Virus record (IMG/VR): IMGVR_UViG_3300025154_000073
Location: 1-64,000 of that record
DNA length: 64,000 nt
Reading direction: 5' to 3' (one strand)
Origin: a virus
Part shown: piece by piece, positions 40,956 through 49,548 of the stretch
Layout of the letters: each line of letters begins with the position of its first letter
Numbering within the stretch: position 1 is the first letter of the stretch
Notes under the pieces: model-generated
Databases searched by the model: none
The model's input: only the letters and a program-made list of their open reading frames with translations
Told to the model about the DNA's origin: nothing
Program-made: the position numbers and the translations under genes

Positions 40956-41691
40956 TTACTGAATGCGCCTGATGGTGATTGAAGGCGCGCCCTCAGTATA
41001 GCAATTCTTTATGTCAGAGTGGGTTTCTGTGTAAATCGTCCAACTTTGCGGGTATCCATATTTTTCTAGGCTTCCCGTAAATCGCGTGAAAGAATTTCCC
41101 TTTTACGCCTAAATCTTTGCATTTTGGATTTTCTTTCAACTTCTCGACAACGTGTTTTTTCATGTCATCTTTAATCTCGGCTTCGAGCTTCTTGATGTTC
41201 TCGTCAACATCTTCGGATTTGCCAGAGAACTCGGCTTCAATTTCAAGTTTGCGTTGCGCGATTTGGGCGTACACATCTTTGGTCTGTTGTTCGATTTCTG
41301 CTTGCAAAGCCCGTTTCTGGATTACAAGAGCCTCAGTTGCGATGTTTTCGTTTTCTCGTTTCTTAGCCACAATTGCTTGGCGTTGTTTCTCAATATCCGT
41401 AAACTTAGCCATTAGTTCTGTGCGTTGTCGGTCTATTTCTGCAAGCGCGATCTTGAATTCTTCCGGTACGACGATCTCCGCGATTTCCTTGTCAACATCC
41501 GCGTTGAACGCATTGATAGCCGCACGAGTCTTTGCTTCAAGTTCGGACGCCTGTTTCATCCCGTTACTGACAACAATCTCAATTTCGGCAGGAATCTTAA
41601 CTTCGTCAAGAAGTTTGCTTTTGTCAAGTTCGAGCAAATCTTTTTGTGCGTGGAACTCAGCAAGCAGGTCTAACTTTTGTTCGATTTCCAT
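40956..41691 (-). CDS. Coiled-coil protein, apparently frameshifted near 41033
   Basis: ORF stops at 41014, but removing one base at GAT-TTA-C gives ...LDDYTETHSDIKNCYTEGAPSITIRRIQ* ending at 40956. Confidence 0.55.
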
Positions 41692-41799
41692 TTTTATTTT
41701 CTCCTAAATACACGGTGTTTTCTCAAGATACTGCCCCGCCGCTCTGCAACCTTTCGCCAGAAACTTCAACATCGCGAGCAGATATTCGGACACGGCGGG

Positions 41800-42515
41800 G
41801 ATGAAATCGGGCGGGAGGCGCGGGGAAAACTTAATTTCCACTCCATAATTCACTCATTCTCGGCTCGGATTGCTCCGCCGCCCGATATTCATTTGGTAAA
41901 GGTTGAGGCGGGACACGTGGGCTAGGACACAGCCCGCCTCCGATCTTATGTGCAGGCACATGTTTTATCGTTGTTACCTAGTCTGCGCCGGATTTTATTA
42001 CCGGCCTCTTTTGATAAAATATTGAAGTAAAGTTGCTGTCTCTCCAAGCTGTCAAGCCTTCTGTCTAATGCTCTATTGGTTGTACTGGGCTTTCTCTACC
42101 GCAATTACACCTCAGCAATCGGGGCGGCATACTTCTGTCACAGTTGCGCCGCATTCATCGTATCTATTGTGACAATGAAAAATCTTATAAGGGTTCTGCC
42201 CAGCCGTCCTGCTTCTCAGTCAGGCTTGCGCCACCGGCTTACACATGTTTGTTATCTGTGCGTGCGGTACAGGGACCGGCTGGGGTGCTCTAAAACGAGT
42301 ATCGGTTCGGTATTTAGCCTGCCGATATTGTTATCGTCCACTCGTAATATTCTGTTTGCCCCGCCGCCAGTTAAGCCTAACTGATTTCACCGACTGGACA
42401 GCAACGACGGGGACTTTGATCGTGGAGAAGTCTGCTAATCAGGCTTCAAGCGGATAAAGGAGATACCGAAAACCGCCTTAGAACTTCTCCATTGAACAGG
42501 GCTACCCGTTCAATA
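41800..42515 (-). ncRNA. Large multi-hairpin structured RNA candidate
   Basis: No credible long ORF; serial IRs; extended -10 TGnTAAGAT at about 42521-42529. Confidence 0.5.
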
Positions 42516-42579
42516 AATATATCTTATCACAGTCTTGAAAAAGTACATTAATATAAGCTAAGAATTGCCTAATTTTCGG

Positions 42580-43032
42580 CTAAGTGTTTCTATATATTTC
42601 TCTTTTATCCGATTTTATGGTGAAATCCAGGATTATATGCAGGGCATCAGAAAGGCATATCCCTACGAACCATTGACCGAATTTATCGGGCAAGTGCGCG
42701 GGAAGTCCGAGGTAATTTAGTATAAGTATGGGCAACGCCAGGTATCCTACGCGCAATACTGTACCAAAAAAGATGCTGTGAGATATTACGCTTCGATGTT
42801 TAACGATTTTAGAGTAGGGTAGCCAAAATACGCGCCATGCAAGAGATAGAGGTTTACCAATTATGGGGATTCGCCTGAGATGGTGAAGTCCCAAAAAACC
42901 CTCGTCAATATCCAAGTCCGGCGAGAGGATTAATCCAGACAGGATTCCAACGGTAAGGGCTGGCTCGAAAGCACAAACGCTTCCTAAAGCCAGCCCGATT
43001 GTAGTCATTGAATGCGTTTTTCCAGAAGGCAA
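42580..43032 (-). CDS. DUF2227-like metal-binding membrane protein
   Basis: MPSGKTH, LSPDLD, W.PY....HRS..SH, H...D. Confidence 0.75.
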   Translation of the reverse strand: MPSGKTHSMTTIGLALGSVCAFEPALTVGILSGLILSPDLDIDEGFLGLHHLRRIPIIGKPLSLAWRVFWLPYSKIVKHRSVISHSIFFGTVLRVGYLALPILILNYLGLPAHLPDKFGQWFVGICLSDALHIILDFTIKSDKREIYRNT

Positions 43033-43229
43033 ATTCTACTCACTCAATCCATATTTGAAAAATAGAACCAAAAACAACACAACCAGGATAACTAGAATCT
43101 GGATGAGCAGAACACCCGCCGCGATTGTTCTTCGAGCCAGTTCTATCTGCTCATCAGTCCATTCGGGAATGCTTGGCTTTACGGGGACTGCGTATAGATG
43201 CCCGTCAGAAGTTCTAAAGTAGTCGTATT

Positions 43230-43568
43230 TCATTTTTCACCACACAGATATTTGGCACGAACGACGCCCGATCCGCCTTCAAAAGTTATCCGATACCACA
43301 TATTGCCATTTACGTCATACAGTTTCTCAATTATCTCGACTGGCGTTCCGTCCGCAAAAGGCTCTTCGCGAACTAAAGGGAAAGACGTACCCGCGCCTGT
43401 GCGGATGTTCAACCCGTAAGAACCACAAACCACCATTTCAACCATTGGTTTGACTGTTTGTTTGGCAGTTCCTCCAAACTGTGAACTATTAGCACTTTTG
43501 GGCAACGTTGAGGCAACCCCGCAAGCCAGGGAAGTAAGAATTAACAAGACCATCAATCGGTTCATCAT
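43230..43568 (-). CDS. Lipoprotein with SH3b domain
   Basis: LILTSLAC lipobox; LNIRTGAGT...WY.I...G.V...YL. Confidence 0.75.
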   Translation of the reverse strand: MMNRLMVLLILTSLACGVASTLPKSANSSQFGGTAKQTVKPMVEMVVCGSYGLNIRTGAGTSFPLVREEPFADGTPVEIIEKLYDVNGNMWYRITFEGGSGVVRAKYLCGEK

Positions 43569-43878
43569 ATTTTGCCTGTTTTCAATTTTGAATGGTTTAC
43601 TCGTTTGCTGTTAGCGCGTTCCACTAACCACTCCGCCAATACAGGTTTCCAACTCTCCCAAGCGTCAGGGTTGTTGGTTTTGCTGATTGTGCAAACGGTC
43701 AGAGGATATTTACCGCGTTTTACGATCACAATTGAACGTGGAGGACTACCAACTGCAAACCAGCGCAAGTCTTTCCAGTCGCCAATGTGGGCTTCGCTGG
43801 CTATCTCGGTTAGCAGTTGTGTTTCTCGAACCTTTGGGATGGGCAAGGCAATGGGTGTTTGCACTACTAATTCCGTTG

Positions 43879-44571
43879 TTAGTTCCCATTGCCGCGAGTT
43901 TTTGTTTTGTTTGCAATCGCCTCGAATTCGTCAATTGCCTTATTCTGACCCATTTGCGCGCCTTTTTCGCCGTACAAACGAGCAAGCTCTGCGTTTCTGC
44001 CCTTCATCACAATTTTCTCGCCTTCGATTTCGGCAGTACGCTTATCCCTTGTTAGTTTCCTTGTTTGTTCCCTAAAATCGCGCTCCAGAGCCGCATCGGG
44101 GTCGTTTCGTCTGTATTGCCAGTCCGCGTAAAGGTGTCCGCCCGCTAACACAAAGATGCAAACAACCGCTAATAAACCTAAATACACTTCCATATTTGGG
44201 ATGGTCAGTAAATATGCCATATCGCTCTGGGCTATTTCGATTGTCGCTCCCGCTAACATGGTCAACACGGAAGCCGAGAGGGTCAAATATACCATCGTGT
44301 TTGCAATTGACTCTTGTTTGTTTGTGTTAGTTCTGCCATCGTCAATTGGGTCTGCTTCATATTCCCGCCAACGCCAATAAAGATAACCTCCCTCCATCAA
44401 ACAAACGCCTAAGGCGGGAAGCCATAATGCCCACTTGGGAGCAAACGTTCCAACTAAAAAATATGTTTGCGTGCTACTAACACCCAGAATAACTACCGTC
44501 ATCCAATGGTCAACCAAAAAACGACCAAACCTTACCGCTTGTATTTTTGCTTTTTCTAAGGCGTCCATCAT
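43879..44571 (-). CDS. Four-TM membrane protein with C-terminal coiled coil
   Basis: Hydrophobic segments; GGAGG RBS. Confidence 0.6.
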   Translation of the reverse strand: MMDALEKAKIQAVRFGRFLVDHWMTVVILGVSSTQTYFLVGTFAPKWALWLPALGVCLMEGGYLYWRWREYEADPIDDGRTNTNKQESIANTMVYLTLSASVLTMLAGATIEIAQSDMAYLLTIPNMEVYLGLLAVVCIFVLAGGHLYADWQYRRNDPDAALERDFREQTRKLTRDKRTAEIEGEKIVMKGRNAELARLYGEKGAQMGQNKAIDEFEAIANKTKTRGNGN

Positions 44572-44789
44572 TCCTCCGTCTGTTTCCAAGTGCTGTTTGG
44601 GATTACTATGTTTCGAACTCCATCATGCTCCAGAAGTCCATCTGTTTCCAAGCTATCAAGAAGATACTTCATCACTGACTTTGAGGTTATCTTGCAAGCC
44701 ATCATAATTTCATCATACGATGGACTGTTGCCGTTGTGTTTCTTTTTGTAATCAATGACGAATTTTATGATTCTACTTTTATCAAACAT
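44568..44789 (-). CDS. LexA-type DNA-binding-domain-only protein
   Basis: FVIDY...NG.SPSYDEI...C.ITSKS....L..LE..G. Confidence 0.8.
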   Translation of the reverse strand: MFDKSRIIKFVIDYKKKHNGNSPSYDEIMMACKITSKSVMKYLLDSLETDGLLEHDGVRNIVIPNSTWKQTEE

Positions 44790-44803
44790 ACTCGCTCCTT
44801 AGT

Positions 44804-44845
44804 GAACTTTCGTTCTATTCTAATTCCAAAGACTCCAGCCGTCAA
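44804..44845 (-). promoter_or_regulatory. Promoter TTGACG-N17-TAGAAT followed by SOS-like box GAAC-N4-GTTC
   Basis: -35 44840-44845, -10 44817-44822, GAACTTTCGTTC 44804-44815. Confidence 0.7.
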
Positions 44846-44951
44846 GGGAAAACACGGTGTTTATTGCTATTCCAAACACTAATAAATTTCTCATATAAAA
44901 CCCTTGCGCTTTTCCTTATATCGTATATACTTATGGAAAGGATAAAAAAAG

Positions 44952-45323
44952 ATGATAGCTGTGATTAAATATGACGGAAAAAAGATTTTTGAAAAGTTTA
45001 TGCGAATGGGCGCGGCATCCAGTATGCCCAAGATTCGCAAATGGCTCAGGACGGAGGAGAACATAACCGTCTCCCAGATGGGTCCAATCTGGGCAATGTG
45101 GAAGTACGCCACCCAGAACCCGGAAGAAGCGTTTCCCCTCTACAAGGTTTGGCACTTTGAGTATTGGTCAAACGTGAGTGTTATGGGAAAGATAATCGAC
45201 TCAAACGCAACCTTTGAATCCTTCTTAAAGGATTGCCAGTATAGAATCAAAAAATCTGGCGATTCAATAATGAGCAAAACCGCATATAAAAGGTTTTGTA
45301 ATAAGTATGGTCTTGAGGAGTAA
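44952..45323 (+). CDS. Hypothetical protein, first gene of rightward arm
   Basis: Divergent from LexA-like gene. Confidence 0.5.
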   Translation: MIAVIKYDGKKIFEKFMRMGAASSMPKIRKWLRTEENITVSQMGPIWAMWKYATQNPEEAFPLYKVWHFEYWSNVSVMGKIIDSNATFESFLKDCQYRIKKSGDSIMSKTAYKRFCNKYGLEE

Positions 45324-45777
45324 AGAGGGTAGTATGCCTAAATACGATCTAATTGAAGCGGAGATACAATGGTGCGAGACACATCGCAATCCTGATGATC
45401 CTGAGCAAACGATCTACCAAGATGGTTTTGTTGCTGGTTTATATCAGGCACTTTGGCTAATGAAAAGTAGACAAACAAACGAAAATTACATTCCGAAAGA
45501 TAAAGATGCCGTTATTCACCCAGATTGGTATTCTCTCGCGCTTTTGAAGCGCATTGAATTAACCAATTCGCAAATTGATACTCTGTTGAAAAATGAGTTG
45601 TCAACGAGAAGCAGAAAAAAAGTGTTGCAATATTTTAGGGCGCGCAAAAAGCCCCGCAAAGGAAATTAAATGAAAAAATTCAAAGCCGTGCCAGTGGCAC
45701 ACAGTAAAGATGATTTGGGCGGGTACAGGCGGGCATGCGGGGTGGTGTGAATTGGAAAAGTATTGGGTGGCACTTCG

Positions 45778-45799
45778 CCAGTAACGCAAACCGTTCTAC
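45778..45799 (+). mobile_element. attC-like right arm (L'/R')
   Basis: CCAGTAACGCAAACC-GTTCTAC. Confidence 0.6.
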
Positions 45800-45823
45800 C
45801 GCACTTGCAAACAAAGGAGTCTT

Positions 45824-46087
45824 ATGACTAAGAAATTGAAACTTGAGAATACAGAGCGTGGCTTTGCTAGGTCAGATTTTGATGACCTATATGGTAGTCA
45901 TTGCTCAATTCAGGAAAGTAGCCTTGCCACAGATAATGCAATCTGGCTTGGCGTGCATGAAGGTTCGGCGCAATATGACAATAAAGAAAGTTCTCGTATG
46001 CACTTGAATCAAGAACAAGTAGCGTCATTGCTCCCGCTTTTGGAGCGTTTTGTGAAAACTGGTCGCCTTCAAACGAGAAGGCGATAG
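45824..46087 (+). CDS. Cassette ORF, conserved-looking small phage protein
   Basis: CSIQESSLAT..AIWLG...RMHL..EQV..LLP.L..FV.TG.L; AAGGAG RBS. Confidence 0.65.
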   Translation: MTKKLKLENTERGFARSDFDDLYGSHCSIQESSLATDNAIWLGVHEGSAQYDNKESSRMHLNQEQVASLLPLLERFVKTGRLQTRRR

Positions 46088-46175
46088 AACACGGCGTGCA
46101 ACGGATTTGCTTTACGGGCTGGCAAAATCGGGAGCAATGACACAATCCGCAAACCGCTCACGCAAACCGTTCGGC
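46084..46175 (+). mobile_element. Integron attC-like site
   Basis: ATAGAAC-ACGGCGTG(C)AACGG(A)TTTGC...GCAAACCGCTCACGCAAACC-GTTCGGC. Confidence 0.8.
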
Positions 46176-46204
46176 GGACACGCCCAACGCCCAGAAGGAG
46201 AAAA

Positions 46205-46432
46205 ATGTTAGAACTGTTTTTGTCTGCTCTCGAAGATCAACTAGGTCTTATTGTAGACCCTCCATTAGCTCCTATTGCCCGCATGGGTATTATCAGCCAA
46301 GAAATCACCCGCATAACATCCAGCGGGCTAACAAAGCGTGCAGCGGATGTGCTGGAAGTCTGCGATAATTTCAAGAAAGCACGCGATGGTAAATGTTTCA
46401 ACTGCGGTCACGCGGAATCCGTACACCGCTAG
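46205..46432 (+). CDS. Cassette ORF with attC-encoded C..CxxCGH...H tail
   Basis: LTKRAADV read-through; AAGGAG RBS. Confidence 0.55.
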   Translation: MLELFLSALEDQLGLIVDPPLAPIARMGIISQEITRITSSGLTKRAADVLEVCDNFKKARDGKCFNCGHAESVHR

Positions 46433-46447
46433 CGCAATCTGTTGACG
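46326..46447 (+). mobile_element. Integron attC-like site
   Basis: GGCTAAC-AAAGCGTGCAGCGGATGTGC...ACACCGCTAGCGCAATCT-GTTGACG; 25 nt identical to the 28518-28643 site. Confidence 0.7.
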
Positions 46448-46670
46448 TGGTACAATAAAGAAAACACGGTGTTTACTATGAACATAACCCTTGACATTAA
46501 AACCTTGAGAAAATTGGCGAATAAGAACTACACGCCTCTTATGGAAATAAATTTTGAGAACGACGAGGAAATTAAGTTTATTTACTTAGAGCCTGATTAC
46601 GGAATGTGGGCACAAAAAGAATATGTATATCAGGACTTCGAGACTGGACTAAAAGAGGAAATACTCAGAC

Positions 46671-47195
46671 TTGGCAAATGAACAATACTCAGAGGTCTAC
46701 AAGATTAAGTGTAGAGCCATCTGGTATGACAATGGCTGTCCAAGCCCTAGAAAATTGGAAGAACTGAAAATACTACCTCCCGACGAATTGGGAAGGACTG
46801 TAAGAACCAGTGAACTGAAACACTGGATTTTTGATGGGGATTGGACTCAGTGGAAAGATGTGATGGACTCTGAGGTCGCCACGCGGACAGAAGAAGAACT
46901 TTTAGGTCGCAAGGTTGCTGTCATCAAAGAGCAACTGGAGCAGACTAAAGTTATACGCAACGCCGCATATCAAAATATAAAAGACGGTAAGTTTGATAGC
47001 TCTGCCTCTGCTGTGAATGCGTTTTTCAAAGCATCCGAAGCCGAACGAGGACTGATGCAAATCGAGAAGGTCATTGAAGATTTGGCTAAACGTCAGACAT
47101 CAGACCTACAAAACGAATTCAAAGAGTTGGCAGAACGCGCAGGGGCGACAACCGTTGAGGCAGAGGATATAACAGAGGAAAAAGAAGATGAATAA
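46671..47195 (+). CDS. Putative terminase small subunit
   Basis: N-terminal HTH-like region, helical, upstream of TerL. Confidence 0.5.
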   Translation: MANEQYSEVYKIKCRAIWYDNGCPSPRKLEELKILPPDELGRTVRTSELKHWIFDGDWTQWKDVMDSEVATRTEEELLGRKVAVIKEQLEQTKVIRNAAYQNIKDGKFDSSASAVNAFFKASEAERGLMQIEKVIEDLAKRQTSDLQNEFKELAERAGATTVEAEDITEEKEDE

Positions 47196-47868
47196 AGAAA
47201 ACACGGTGTTTACTCCAATGAGGATTTTGATAGCGTGTGAAGAAAGCCAGGCGGTTGCGATTGCTTTTAGAGAATTGGGTCACGAAGCGTACTCATGCGA
47301 CCTGTATCCTTGTTCCGGCGGTCATCCTGAATGGCACTTACAACAAGACGTGAAACCGTTATTGCGTCAGTATTGGGATATGATTATCGCCCACCCAACT
47401 TGCAGATATTTGACCAATAGTGGAGTTTGCCATCTGTACGTTGGCAAGCGTAAAGAAAACGGAAATTTTCAGCCGCGATGGGAGAGCATGCGGGAAGGCG
47501 TAGAGTTTTTCAATTTGTTTTTAGACCTTCCGCATATTCCAAAGGTTGCAATTGAAAATCCTATAATGCACGCCTACGCAAGAGAGATTGTTAAATCTCC
47601 ATACACACAAATAATCCAGCCATGGATGTTTGGACACATGGAGCAAAAGGCAACTTGCTTGTGGTTGAAAGGTTTGCCAAAGTTGGAAGAAACTGATAAC
47701 GTCCACGAACAAATGATGGGGTTGCCGGATAAACAAAGACAACGATTGTACTACCTTCCACCTGGACCTGAAAGAGAAAAGGAGCGAAGCAAAACATTTC
47801 TTGGAATTGCTCGCGCTATGGCGGAACAATGGGGCAACGGCATTAATCGAACCTCAATGGAGTTATAA
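47188..47868 (+). CDS. Phage DNA cytosine methyltransferase-like protein
   Basis: RILIACEESQ, AYSCDL, AHPTC, IENP, IQPWMFG, TCLWLKGLP, RSKTF.GIA.AMAEQWG. Confidence 0.75.
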   Translation: MNKENTVFTPMRILIACEESQAVAIAFRELGHEAYSCDLYPCSGGHPEWHLQQDVKPLLRQYWDMIIAHPTCRYLTNSGVCHLYVGKRKENGNFQPRWESMREGVEFFNLFLDLPHIPKVAIENPIMHAYAREIVKSPYTQIIQPWMFGHMEQKATCLWLKGLPKLEETDNVHEQMMGLPDKQRQRLYYLPPGPEREKERSKTFLGIARAMAEQWGNGINRTSMEL

Positions 47869-49434
47869 CTGCCGAATCTTAGCAGTAGAAAACCTCTTAG
47901 TCAGGATGAGTGGAAGAAACTCTACCTGATCTCAAAAGAACTGGAAAGCAGGGGGGAGAAAGTACCTGAACAATCCATTGAACAATTCAAGGATAAAAAA
48001 CGAAAAAAGTGGCCTGTTGACCCCAACGGGTATTTTGTGCGTAATGACGGAAAGTCGTACAGCCCCTCAGAGAACCACAAGAAATTTGTGGAAAGTACCG
48101 CCAGATTTTCAGCCCTGTACGGCCCGAGAGGTTGTGGAAAATCCGGTGGTGGAGGACAGAAGACTCTTAGAAAAATAATGCAGGGGGAAGATGGCGCGGT
48201 GATGAACCCCGACATGGAGAATTTTAAGCTATCAACGTGGCCTGAGTTGAAGGCGTGGATACCCTGGAAGATGGTAGTCCCTACACAGAAACACAGGTCG
48301 AGACCTGAGTGGGAACCGACCAAACCGTTTACAATGGTGTTTATAAATGGGGCAAGAGTCTACTGCAAGGGACTCAAAGACCCCGACTCTGCGCGCGGCC
48401 CTAATATCAACTACCTTTGGTATGACGAAGCGGGGCGCGATAAAACAGGACAGGGTTGGAAGATTGCCGTGTCCTCTGTCCGTGTTGGAAACAATCCTCA
48501 AGCGTTTGCAACTTTCACGCCAAAGACTTCCGAACACTGGACGACAAAGTTTTTTGTTAAGCAAGAAATCCCCGAAGATGTCAAACAACAGTTTGCGGAA
48601 GCGTTGGGAGATGATAAAATTCTCATAGAGTCTTTTCACGCAACGCGCGAGGACAACAAGGCGAATCTTGACCCCGCTTTCTATGCCTCCATCCTTGCAA
48701 GTAATCCTTCTGGATGGCTCAAGGCTCAAGAGTACGATGGAGAAGTTGCAGATGAAGGCGGTCAGATTGGTTATCGAAGTTGGTTTGATGGCAGAATCAT
48801 CACTACGTTACCAACCAGAATTATAAAAAAGATACGCGCATGGGATACTGCCGCCAGTGAGAAGAAGGTCGCCAAAGACGACCCAGACGAATCGGTTGGT
48901 TCATTACTTATAAAATTTCTTCCAAAGGACAACCCTGAATGGATGGAACTCTACGGACACTTATTGCAAGAGGGGCAGGAAAAACAACCACATTTTATTT
49001 TAGAAAATCAAGTCGCTGGTTTTTGGGCGGCGGAAAGACTATTTGAAGTCATCAAGAATACTGCTAGATATGATGGAGTCTATGTTCCCGTTTACATTGA
49101 CCAAGACCCAGGCGGGGCAGGCAAGAACCAGGTCGCTCTACTTGCCGCGTCTTTCAAGGACTCGAAGAACCCAGAACTCCATGCTCATCAGGTTCTTGAA
49201 GTGGATGTTAGAAAAGTTGGAGATAGAGTCCTCGCCGCGAACAATCACTGGTTTGGTGCGGCGTCAGAAGGTAGGATGTGGTTGATGAAAAGCAGTTGGA
49301 ACGACGGATTCTTGGGTCAACTTGATGGATTTACGATGATTGGGCATGACGACAAAATCACCTCGGTCACTTCTGGAATGTATGTTTTGAACCCCGCGAA
49401 AAAATGGGGCAAACTCCCATTTGTCACATTATGA
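47869..49434 (+). CDS. terL: Terminase large subunit (probable CTG start)
   Basis: Walker A GPRGCGKS, Walker B LWYDEA, nuclease WDTA / HDD; frame open back to CTG at 47869 with GGAG RBS. Confidence 0.88.
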   Translation: MPNLSSRKPLSQDEWKKLYLISKELESRGEKVPEQSIEQFKDKKRKKWPVDPNGYFVRNDGKSYSPSENHKKFVESTARFSALYGPRGCGKSGGGGQKTLRKIMQGEDGAVMNPDMENFKLSTWPELKAWIPWKMVVPTQKHRSRPEWEPTKPFTMVFINGARVYCKGLKDPDSARGPNINYLWYDEAGRDKTGQGWKIAVSSVRVGNNPQAFATFTPKTSEHWTTKFFVKQEIPEDVKQQFAEALGDDKILIESFHATREDNKANLDPAFYASILASNPSGWLKAQEYDGEVADEGGQIGYRSWFDGRIITTLPTRIIKKIRAWDTAASEKKVAKDDPDESVGSLLIKFLPKDNPEWMELYGHLLQEGQEKQPHFILENQVAGFWAAERLFEVIKNTARYDGVYVPVYIDQDPGGAGKNQVALLAASFKDSKNPELHAHQVLEVDVRKVGDRVLAANNHWFGAASEGRMWLMKSSWNDGFLGQLDGFTMIGHDDKITSVTSGMYVLNPAKKWGKLPFVTL

Positions 49435-49548
49435 ACAAGAAGAATAGAAATCGTTTCAAGCGTATGCCTCTGGTTTGTAAGTATCGCTGGCGAGGTATCG
49501 CAAAAAGCAATTATCGAAAACACGGAATCAAGAAGTTAAGGAAGTCTT

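Noticed and set aside
42076-42457. Plus-strand ORFs of 102 and 70 aa
   Set aside because: No RBS, opposite to local gene orientation, atypical composition; region is better explained by RNA structure
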